Source: Armatimonadota bacterium (GTDB lineage: Bacteria > Armatimonadota > SYMT01). Taken from it: a DNA stretch of 64,000 bases. Position numbers and translations under genes: made by a program. The notes beneath the pieces are model-generated. The model was not told the origin of the DNA. It ran no database searches and was given only the letters and a program-made list of their open reading frames with translations. Every line of letters starts with the position of its first letter. Position 1 is the stretch's first letter. The stretch spans positions 288,001 to 352,000 of the forward strand of contig JAWLHY010000004.1 of assembly GCA_041690135.1 (NCBI GenBank). Reading direction: 5' to 3'. Positions 56,291 to 64,000 of the stretch are shown in pieces.

Positions 56291-58282
56291 ATGTGTGGAG
56301 TTGCCGGTTTTCACGGTCTTGTGCAGAGTGACGCAGAAGCCCGATCCATCCTCGACCGGATGCTCTCCGTGATCCGCCACCGCGGCCCGGACGGCGTGGG
56401 CATGTTCGTCGACCAGGACGTCGGGTTGGGGCATGTGCGCTTGAGCATCATCGATCTCGAACGTGGACACCAACCCATGACCAATGAGGATGGAACCGTC
56501 TGGGTGACGTTTAGCGGGGAGATCTTCAACTATCCTGAATTAAGGGAAGGACTGATCCAACGTGGGCACACCTTCCGCACGGCAACGGACACCGAAGTCA
56601 TCCTCCATCTCTACGAAGAACGCGGCCCCGCATGTGTGGAAGCGTTCAACGGTGATTTTGCTTTTGCTCTCTGGGACCAGCGTCACCGCCGCCTCATGCT
56701 CGCGAGAGACCGCATGGGAGTGCGCCCCCTTTACTACACCCGGCACGGCGGAGCGCTGCTTTTTGCTTCGGAGATCAAAGCTCTGCTTCAGGTGCCCGGC
56801 ATTTCGGCGGAGATCGATCCCATCGCCCTGGATCAGATCTTCACGTTCTGGTGTCCGGTCGCTCCTCGCACTGCATTCCGCGGCATCCATGAGCTGCCGC
56901 CGGGACATCTGCTGATTGCCGAACGGGAGAGGCTCCTCACGAGACCCTACTGGCGCCTGGAGTTTCCGGACCGGGGGGAACCCCTGGGCTTCCCGGGAGA
57001 CGAAGAAACCGCCGCCGCGGAGCTGCGAGCTCTCCTGCTGGACGCGACCCGCATCCGGCTTCGGGCGGACGTCGCGGTCGGCGCCTATCTCAGCGGGGGC
57101 ATCGATTCCTCTGCCGTCGTCGCCCTCACCCGCCACTGCACCGCGGGTCGGCTCCGCACCTTCTCCATCGGCTTCGACGACCCGGAGTTGGATGAGTCCA
57201 TGCATCAAGAAACCATGGTGAAGACGCTGGACACCGAGCATGAAGCGGTGCGCTTCCAAGATTCCGATATCGCCGGCGCATTTCCACAGGTGATCTATCA
57301 TGCCGAACGCCCCGTTCTACGATCGGCGCCGGCGCCCTTACTGCACCTCGCCCGCAAAGTGGAGCAGTGCGGATACCGGGTGGTACTCACCGGAGAGGGC
57401 GCCGATGAAGCCCTGGCCGGCTATGGCATCTTCAAAGAGGCGAAGGTGAGGCAATACTGGGCGCGGGAGCCCGCGTCCTCGCGCCGCCCCCGGCTGCTCC
57501 GCCGACTCTACTCCTACCTGCCGGACCTGCAAGCCCAGCCGCAGCCCTACCTGGAAGCGTTCTTCCGCGTAGGTCTGGAGCAACCGGAAGATCTGTTGTT
57601 CTCCCACCTACCTCGTTGGGTGATGACTTCGCGCATCAAGAGGTTCTTCTCCGAAGATCTGCGCCGAAGCCTCGCCGGGTATGACGTGCTGGAGGACGCG
57701 CGTGCCGGCCTCCCACCGGAAATGGTCCGCTGGCACCCACTCTCCCGGGCGCAGTACCTGGAAACAACTATCCTTCTGCCGGGGTACATCCTCTCTTCCC
57801 AGGGAGACCGCGTCGCCATGGCCCATGCCGTCGAAGGACGGTTTCCCTTCCTGGACCACCGCCTGTTCGAGTTCTCCGCCCGGCTCCCTCCCCGTCTGAA
57901 GCTCAAGGTCCTGACGGAGAAATACCTGTTCCGCCGGAGCATGCGATTCGAACTGCCTCCCGCGATCACTTCCCGTCCTAAACAGCCCTATCGAGCACCG
58001 GATTGTCGGAGCTTCCTCGGTTCGGCAAGACCGGACTACGTGGACGCGCTGCTCTCGCGCGAGGCGATCTCCCAGTCCGGCTACTTCGATCCGGATGCCG
58101 TCGAAAAACTGACTCGCAAGTGTCGCGTACAGCCCGCAATCACCAACCGGGACAGCATGGCTCTCATCGGGATCCTTTCCGTGCAATTGCTGGACCACCT
58201 CTACGTACGGCGGGCGGGCGGAAGGCAGCAACCCTTCCTATCCACTTTCCGGGACCTTTCTCCGAGACACCGAGGAGATTGA
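56291..58282 (+). CDS. asnB: Asparagine synthase-like amidotransferase
   Basis: MCG, HRGPD, RLSIID, RDRMGVRPLYY, LSGGIDSS, TGEGADE, RFPFLD. Confidence 0.93.
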   Translation: MCGVAGFHGLVQSDAEARSILDRMLSVIRHRGPDGVGMFVDQDVGLGHVRLSIIDLERGHQPMTNEDGTVWVTFSGEIFNYPELREGLIQRGHTFRTATDTEVILHLYEERGPACVEAFNGDFAFALWDQRHRRLMLARDRMGVRPLYYTRHGGALLFASEIKALLQVPGISAEIDPIALDQIFTFWCPVAPRTAFRGIHELPPGHLLIAERERLLTRPYWRLEFPDRGEPLGFPGDEETAAAELRALLLDATRIRLRADVAVGAYLSGGIDSSAVVALTRHCTAGRLRTFSIGFDDPELDESMHQETMVKTLDTEHEAVRFQDSDIAGAFPQVIYHAERPVLRSAPAPLLHLARKVEQCGYRVVLTGEGADEALAGYGIFKEAKVRQYWAREPASSRRPRLLRRLYSYLPDLQAQPQPYLEAFFRVGLEQPEDLLFSHLPRWVMTSRIKRFFSEDLRRSLAGYDVLEDARAGLPPEMVRWHPLSRAQYLETTILLPGYILSSQGDRVAMAHAVEGRFPFLDHRLFEFSARLPPRLKLKVLTEKYLFRRSMRFELPPAITSRPKQPYRAPDCRSFLGSARPDYVDALLSREAISQSGYFDPDAVEKLTRKCRVQPAITNRDSMALIGILSVQLLDHLYVRRAGGRQQPFLSTFRDLSPRHRGD

Positions 58283-58294
58283 AGGAGCAAGCCT

Positions 58295-58573
58295 ATGTAC
58301 ACGGAGATCGAAAAGCATGTGCGCACATTCATTGCCCAAAGCTTCCTCTATCAGGAGGAGCTGACTTTCGGAGATGAGGAGTCGCTGCTGGCGCAAGGGG
58401 TCGTGGACTCAATGGGAGTGCTGGAACTGGTGACGTTCCTCGAGGATACCTTCCGGATCAAAGTTGCGGATGAAGAGCTCCTGCCCGACAATCTCGACTC
58501 CGTCCGGCAACTCACAGCGTTCGTACAGAGGAAGTTGGAAGCGCAGAACCCGGGAGGCATCTATGCGAGTTGA
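58295..58573 (+). CDS. Acyl/aminoacyl carrier protein
   Basis: GVVDSMGVLELV phosphopantetheine site. Confidence 0.93.
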   Translation: MYTEIEKHVRTFIAQSFLYQEELTFGDEESLLAQGVVDSMGVLELVTFLEDTFRIKVADEELLPDNLDSVRQLTAFVQRKLEAQNPGGIYAS

Positions 58574-60119
58574 GCACTTCCTCTCCCGCAGCGCGCGGGA
58601 GTGGCCCTGCAAAGTGGCATTGATTACCGGCGAAGGACGCTGGACCTACGCGGAACTGGAGGCTATGTCAAACCAGGTGGCGCACGGCCTGACCCATCTG
58701 GGAGTAAACCGCGGCGATCGCGTGGTGCTATGCCTGGAGAACTCTGTGACGGCCGTGGTCAGCCTGTTTGGGGTACTCAAGAGCGGGGGCGTGGCCAGCC
58801 TGATCCATCCCACAACCAAAACCAGAAAACTCTCCTATATTCTTGATCACAGCGACGCCAGGGTCGTTATCACCCAGGCCTCGCTCCTGCCCATCGTCCG
58901 CCCGGCCACGCGGGCAATCCCCTCGGTGATCGCTACGCTCGTAGCGGGAGGGACCCGGGACGGAGGCGCGGACGAACGGCCGCTGGACGTCCTCATGCAG
59001 GGTGCGTCGTGCGCCCCGCATGAGTCGGGAGGGATCGAGACGGATCTGGCGTTCCTGATCTACACTTCCGGGTCGACGGGCACCCCGAAGGGGGTGATGA
59101 TGACCCACCGGAATGTGCTCTCCGCCTCGACCTCCATCACGGAGTACCTTGAGAATCGATCCGAGGACGTGATCTTCTGCGCCCTGCCGCTCTCCTTCGA
59201 TTACGGTCTCTACCAGATCCTGATGGCATTTCAAGTAGGCGGCACGGTGGTTCTGGAAAAGTCATTCACCTATCCCCAATCCGCGTTGAAGCGGCTAGCG
59301 GAAGAGCAGGTGACCGGGTTTCCGCTGGTCCCCACGATGGCCGCCGTGTTGCTAGGCCTGAAGGGACTGGTCCCCGGTCGCTTCCCACATCTCCGCTACC
59401 TCACCAACACTGCGGCGGCATTGCCGCCCTCCCACATCGCACGGCTGCAGGAGCTTTTTCCCACCACCCGCATCTACTCGATGTACGGGCTCACCGAGTG
59501 CAAGCGCTGCACCTACCTTCCGCCTGAGCAGATCTCTCTACGACCGGAGTCCGTGGGCAAGGCAATTCCCAACACCGAGGTGTACATCCTGGACGAGCAG
59601 GGGAACCGGGTGGGTCCCGGTGAGATCGGCGAACTGGTCGTGCGGGGCCCACACGTCATGCAGGGCTACTGGAAAGATCCCGAAGCCACGGCCCAGGTGC
59701 TGCGGCCAGGCGACCACCCCTGGGAGCGGGTCCTCCACACGGGAGATCTCTTCCGGATGGATGAAGAGGGCTACCTCTACTTCGTCGGCCGCCGGGATGA
59801 CATCATCAAGACGCGGGGCGAGAAAGTGAGCCCAAAGGAGATCGAGAACGTGCTCTACTCACTACCCGGAGTACGGGAAGCCGCCGTCGTTGGGCTTCCG
59901 GATCCGATCTTGGGCCAGAAAATCCAGGCCATCGTCGTACCGGAGGACGGCGCCACACTTTCGGAGCGGGACATAGTCCTGGGCTGCGCCGCCCACCTCG
60001 AGAGCTTTATGGTCCCTCAGATCGTGGAATTCCGGGCGGAGCTGCCCAAGACGGATTCGGGTAAGATCCGCAAAGGCGTCGCTTGCCTGTGTAGTGAAGG
60101 GGGTTCTCGGGATGGATGA
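58563..60119 (+). CDS. AMP-dependent acyl-CoA/ACP ligase
   Basis: YTSGSTGTPKG, MYGLTE, TGD, GRRDD, PKTDSGK; ATG 58563 with SD GGGAGG. Confidence 0.93.
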   Translation: MRVEHFLSRSAREWPCKVALITGEGRWTYAELEAMSNQVAHGLTHLGVNRGDRVVLCLENSVTAVVSLFGVLKSGGVASLIHPTTKTRKLSYILDHSDARVVITQASLLPIVRPATRAIPSVIATLVAGGTRDGGADERPLDVLMQGASCAPHESGGIETDLAFLIYTSGSTGTPKGVMMTHRNVLSASTSITEYLENRSEDVIFCALPLSFDYGLYQILMAFQVGGTVVLEKSFTYPQSALKRLAEEQVTGFPLVPTMAAVLLGLKGLVPGRFPHLRYLTNTAAALPPSHIARLQELFPTTRIYSMYGLTECKRCTYLPPEQISLRPESVGKAIPNTEVYILDEQGNRVGPGEIGELVVRGPHVMQGYWKDPEATAQVLRPGDHPWERVLHTGDLFRMDEEGYLYFVGRRDDIIKTRGEKVSPKEIENVLYSLPGVREAAVVGLPDPILGQKIQAIVVPEDGATLSERDIVLGCAAHLESFMVPQIVEFRAELPKTDSGKIRKGVACLCSEGGSRDG

Positions 60120-61212
60120 CGCGCAACACCTTTCCTGGGACGTGCTTCACCTGGACGCGGCGGCCGAAGCGCGGCGCATCGCGGACGCCGTCCGCGACCA
60201 GGTTCTGCTCCGGCTCCGGCGGCGCGGAGTCGTGGTCGGGCTCTCCGGCGGAATCGACAGCAGCGTTGTTGCCGCGTTGTGTGCCCGTGCACTGGGTCCC
60301 GAGCGCGTGTTGGGCATCCTGATGCCGGAAGAGGACTCGGACCCCGCGAGCCTGCGGCTGGGCCGCCGGGTGGCGGAAATGCTGGGGATCGAAGCGGTTC
60401 TGGAGGATCTGACGCCCGTCCTGAAAGCCGCGGGCTGTTACTCGCGCCGCGACGCCGCTATCCGGCAGGTGATCCCCGGCTACGGCCCCGGGTACCGGTG
60501 CAAGCTAGTGCTACCCGGTCTACAGGCAACCTCCGGCTATAACCTGTTCTCGCTGGTGGTGGAGTCGCCGGAGGGCAACCGGCAGCGGATGCGCCTCCCA
60601 CTCCAGGTTTACCGAGAGCTGGTGGCCGCCACCAATATGAAACAGCGAGCGCGGAAGCAAACGGAGTACTACCACGCCGATCGGCTGCACTACGCCGTGG
60701 CAGGGACCCCCAACCGCCTGGAGTACGACCAGGGCTTCTTCGTTAAGAACGGGGACGGTGCGGCCGACCTGAAGCCGATTGCGCACCTGTATAAGTCCCA
60801 GGTGTACCAGCTAGCGGAGGTGCTGGACGTTCCCGAAGAAGTCCGCAGCCGCCCTCCGAGCACGGACACCTTTCCCCTGGCCCAGACTCAGGAAGAGTTC
60901 TACTTCCCCCTCCCCTACGATCAGATGGATCTCTGCCTGTACGCGCTCAACCACGGTTTCGCCTCCGATGCCGTGGCCACGCTGCTGAAGCTGCGACCGG
61001 AACAGGTGGAACAGGTGTACGGCGATATTACCCGAAGAAGACAGACCACACGTTACCAGCATGCGTCCCCGCTCCTCGTCGAGCCGGTGCCTGAAATCTG
61101 CTCCTCTCCGGAGGCGGGGACGCCGGAGGATAGGATCAGTGACCGTTTACCAGGTGATTTCCGCCGACCCGGATCGCGACCGGGCAGCCATCGTATCGGT
61201 GTGGGAGCGTAA
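60112..61212 (+). CDS. nadE: NH3-dependent NAD+ synthetase-like N-type ATP pyrophosphatase
   Basis: GLSGGIDSS, NMKQRAR, GTPNRLE..GFFVKNGDG..D.KPIAHLYKSQV. Confidence 0.82.
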   Translation: MDDAQHLSWDVLHLDAAAEARRIADAVRDQVLLRLRRRGVVVGLSGGIDSSVVAALCARALGPERVLGILMPEEDSDPASLRLGRRVAEMLGIEAVLEDLTPVLKAAGCYSRRDAAIRQVIPGYGPGYRCKLVLPGLQATSGYNLFSLVVESPEGNRQRMRLPLQVYRELVAATNMKQRARKQTEYYHADRLHYAVAGTPNRLEYDQGFFVKNGDGAADLKPIAHLYKSQVYQLAEVLDVPEEVRSRPPSTDTFPLAQTQEEFYFPLPYDQMDLCLYALNHGFASDAVATLLKLRPEQVEQVYGDITRRRQTTRYQHASPLLVEPVPEICSSPEAGTPEDRISDRLPGDFRRPGSRPGSHRIGVGA

Positions 61213-62197
61213 CCTGCCCCGGCCAAGCCACTGCTCGCACGACCGCAGGTATGAGTGGCAGTATCTGAAGAGCCCGGTGGGTCCGGGACTTTGCTGGCTC
61301 CTCCTCGCACAGCCGGGAGACCGGGTCGTCGGCACCGCAGGTCTGGCGCTGCGTGCGGTGAAATTGGGAACACGCCAGGCGATTGCCGGCATAGCGGCCG
61401 ACTTCGCCGTGGACCCGGAACACCGCTCCCTCCTGCCCGCCCTCATGCTTCAGAAGGCGGTGTTAGGTAGCCGAAACCGGGGGGTCAACCTGATCTACGG
61501 TCTGCCGAACGCGCAGGCCGCCGTGGTGTTCAAGCGGCTCGGGTATTCCACGATCGGGGGCCTGCGGCGTTACACCCGGCGCCTGCGGACCGATGAGTAT
61601 CTCCATCAGTTCACCCGCTTCCCATACGTAGGCCGGGCGCTGGCGGCGCGGATGGCCAATGGGGTGTTGGCACTGGTCTCCCCGGAAACCTACTACCGAC
61701 CGCGCTGCGGCCGCCTCCAGGAATTGCCGGGGTTTGATTTACGGTTCGACGATCTCTGGAGCCGGGTCTCGGGGCGATTTGCGACCATCGGGGAACGCAA
61801 TTCCCCCTTTCTCCACTGGCGATACAGCCAGTGTCCGCTCCAGGAGCATACCGTTCTGGGCCTGGTAACGGACGACAGCAGCCGGTTAGTGGGTTATGTG
61901 GTAGCACAGCGGAACAACTACCGCTGGTTGATCGTGGATTTGCTCGTCGATGAGACCCCGGACTCCTGCCTGGCGCTGCTGGCCGGGTTTCTAAACTACG
62001 CGGGGCAAAGGGGCGCCCAGTCCGTGACTCTGGACTTCCACAGCCCGGCGGCCGGCATTGAGGCCGCTCTCCGGCACCTCCGCTTCCGGCGCAGAGACAG
62101 CGCAACATCGATGACAATCTGCGCGGAGTGTCCCGGTGAGCGGTTCCCCCCGGAAGAGGTCACCCAATGGCACTTCCTCCGGGGAGACATCGATTAG
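61139..62197 (+). CDS. Tandem GNAT-fold acyltransferase
   Basis: WQY..SP, DFAVDPEHR, YGLPN, R...L.WRY...P; GTG 61139 with SD GGAGG. Confidence 0.82.
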   Translation: MTVYQVISADPDRDRAAIVSVWERNLPRPSHCSHDRRYEWQYLKSPVGPGLCWLLLAQPGDRVVGTAGLALRAVKLGTRQAIAGIAADFAVDPEHRSLLPALMLQKAVLGSRNRGVNLIYGLPNAQAAVVFKRLGYSTIGGLRRYTRRLRTDEYLHQFTRFPYVGRALAARMANGVLALVSPETYYRPRCGRLQELPGFDLRFDDLWSRVSGRFATIGERNSPFLHWRYSQCPLQEHTVLGLVTDDSSRLVGYVVAQRNNYRWLIVDLLVDETPDSCLALLAGFLNYAGQRGAQSVTLDFHSPAAGIEAALRHLRFRRRDSATSMTICAECPGERFPPEEVTQWHFLRGDID

Positions 62198-62225
62198 GAG
62201 ATGACCGCACGTGAGGCCAAATGCC

Positions 62226-62642
62226 TCACTCGTCCGGCCACTCCGTGTTATCCTGGCCGGACCTCCGGCGCTGGAGCTTGGCGAGCACCTCCGGGAGGGC
62301 GGACCGGACCGCGGAGTTTGGGACCACCATGTCGGCGCCGGCATCTCGCCCCGCCTGGAGGAAGTGGCGCTCCACGTGCCCCGCGTAGCCGATGATGGCC
62401 ACCTTTCCCAATTGGGGGTGAGCCCGTAGTGCGCGGATCAGGTCCGGCGCTGGGTATCGACCGGAAGTGAGGTTCACCAGGACCAGCTCGGGAGCCAGCT
62501 CCGCCAGGATGTCCACGGCCGCGGCGCTCCCGGCCAGCGTCTTCACCCGGTAACCCAGGCGACGCAGCGGGCCTTCCACCATCGCGGTAAACATCAGGTT
62601 GTCGTCGATAAGGGCGGCTTGCTTATCTTGTGGGTCGCTCAT
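62226..62642 (-). CDS. Stand-alone atypical receiver (REC-like) domain protein
   Basis: LIDDN...PELVLVNL...AGADMVV; the phospho-acceptor position is Asn. Confidence 0.75.
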   Translation of the reverse strand: MSDPQDKQAALIDDNLMFTAMVEGPLRRLGYRVKTLAGSAAAVDILAELAPELVLVNLTSGRYPAPDLIRALRAHPQLGKVAIIGYAGHVERHFLQAGRDAGADMVVPNSAVRSALPEVLAKLQRRRSGQDNTEWPDE

Positions 62643-62645
62643 GGT

Positions 62646-63797
62646 CTATCTCCCCAGCCAATGACCGATGCGGCGGAGGCCCTCATCGATGCGCGGCAGC
62701 GCGGAGGCGAAGCTGAACCGGAGAGAGCCTTCAGCCCCGCTGCCGAAGTCGATGCCGGGGGCGACGCCAACATGCGCTTCTTCCAGCAGGCGACGTGCCA
62801 GGACGAGGGAGCTCGCCTCCAGATGCCGGGCGTCGGCCAGCAAGTAATAGGCGCCCATCGGCTCCGCGGGAATGCCGAACCCGAGATCACGCAGGCCCCG
62901 CACCAGCACGTCGCGACGGCGGGCATATTCACCGCGCATGCGGCTCACGTCCTCATCCGCTTCCCGAAGCGCCGCCAGGCCGGCATATTGGGCCACGGAG
63001 CCCGCGCAGATGAACAGGTTCTGCGCCAGCCGCTGCAGGGGCGCGACGTACTCCGGCGGGCAGACGAGCCAGCCGATCCGCCACCCGGTCATCGCATACC
63101 GCTTGGAAAACCCGTCCATCACAAAGCAGCGGTCGGTGATCTCGAGCATGCTGGTCGCCCTCGGCCCGTACTCCAGCCCGTGGTAGATCTCGTCGCTGAT
63201 CACGGCCAGGTCGAGATCCGCCAGCGCGGCCAGGGTTTCCCGATCCTGGATGACGGCCGTGGGGTTGGAGGGCGAGTTGACCATCAGGGCGCGGGTTCGC
63301 GGCCCCACGTGGCGCCGGACCACCTCCGGATCGTAGGCATAACCCGCGGCCGGATCGACGGGAAAAAAGCACGGCTCTCCGTGGAAGGAGCGGACGAAGT
63401 TGGGGTAACAGGCGTACCCGGGGTTCGGGAGCAGTACCTCATCGCCGGCATCCAGGAGGAGGGCCATCAGCAGCGCCAGGCCTCCCGAGGTGCCCGTGGT
63501 CATCAGGATCCGTTCCGGATCTACTTCTACACCATATTGGCGGTGGTAGTACTCCGCCACCCCTTCCCGGACCGGCCACGCCCCCAGGCTGTGGGTGTAG
63601 TGGGTGAGCCCCTGCCGGACCGCCTCGGCGGCAGCACGCTCCACACAGGCAGGCACGTTGAAGTCGGGCTCCCCCACTTCCATGTGGACGACATCGGCTC
63701 CGGCGCGCTCCAATTCCTGGGCGCGCTCCATGATCTCCATGGCGAGGAACGGCGCGACCCGGGCGGCCGAGGTGGAGATGCGGGTGGGGTGTTCCAT
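62646..63797 (-). CDS. PLP-dependent aminotransferase class I/II
   Basis: VGEPDF, NSPSNPT, SDEIY, GFSKRYAMTGWRIG, LRFSF. Confidence 0.94.
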   Translation of the reverse strand: MEHPTRISTSAARVAPFLAMEIMERAQELERAGADVVHMEVGEPDFNVPACVERAAAEAVRQGLTHYTHSLGAWPVREGVAEYYHRQYGVEVDPERILMTTGTSGGLALLMALLLDAGDEVLLPNPGYACYPNFVRSFHGEPCFFPVDPAAGYAYDPEVVRRHVGPRTRALMVNSPSNPTAVIQDRETLAALADLDLAVISDEIYHGLEYGPRATSMLEITDRCFVMDGFSKRYAMTGWRIGWLVCPPEYVAPLQRLAQNLFICAGSVAQYAGLAALREADEDVSRMRGEYARRRDVLVRGLRDLGFGIPAEPMGAYYLLADARHLEASSLVLARRLLEEAHVGVAPGIDFGSGAEGSLRFSFASALPRIDEGLRRIGHWLGR

Positions 63798-64000
63798 GGG
63801 GCGTGGTCGGTGGTGTTCGTGCAGTGGACGATTTTACACCAGAACGGCGGCTTCGGTCAGTGCGAGCGTAATGCGTAATGCGTAAGTTTACGTGCGAGGT
63901 GGCTGCGAAGGCAAAGCGATTGCTGGCCTCGAGCAGTTCAGCAATGCGTACTGCGTCCGCTCCGCGCCGCGGCAAAAGAGCTCCTGATAAACGGTATGGG

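Noticed and set aside
56291-58282. Lasso peptide cyclase
   Set aside because: Full-length AsnB with Cys1; no transglutaminase-like B protein or precursor; the ACP/ligase context argues otherwise.
63888-64000. 3' end of a further minus-strand gene at the window edge
   Set aside because: Two frames are open and neither has a recognisable motif; cannot be supported.

Overview
High-GC bacterial chromosomal window. An Armatimonadota-like host is inferred from the DUF1559/H-X9-DG prepilin-like paralogs, the many sulfatases and an ftsEX-M23-ctpA block; this is not proven. 1-30 kb is an almost entirely minus-strand run of glycan and sulfate catabolism genes: 4 Cys-type sulfatases, GH78 rhamnosidase, beta-propeller hydrolases, an esterase, an M60 peptidase, Gfo/Idh/MocA, a TIM-barrel epimerase and mmsA. 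Accessory genes are intercalated in this run. The most notable are a full-length rvt-type reverse transcriptase with a LIDD catalytic motif (12013-14397), an Rpn-family gene with a strong internal Shine-Dalgarno/ATG (possible gene-in-gene toxin-antitoxin) and an orphan gene pair. 30-53 kb is mostly housekeeping: ftsE-ftsX-M23, a catalytically dead S41 paralog fused in operon to an active CtpA, a deacetylase, a LysM/G5 protein, murA, a methyltransferase, FNR, a Rieske protein, a PaoABC-like molybdoenzyme and an ate/bpt transferase. This part also holds a candidate rod-shaped ncRNA (36098-36265) and two probable CTG starts. 54-62 kb holds a structured 160-bp tandem repeat, a Cys-cluster protein and an asnB-ACP-ligase-nadE-GNAT cluster of unknown product. 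No rRNA, tRNA, CRISPR-cas or transposase was recognised. All family calls come from reading motifs by eye; no database searches were run.
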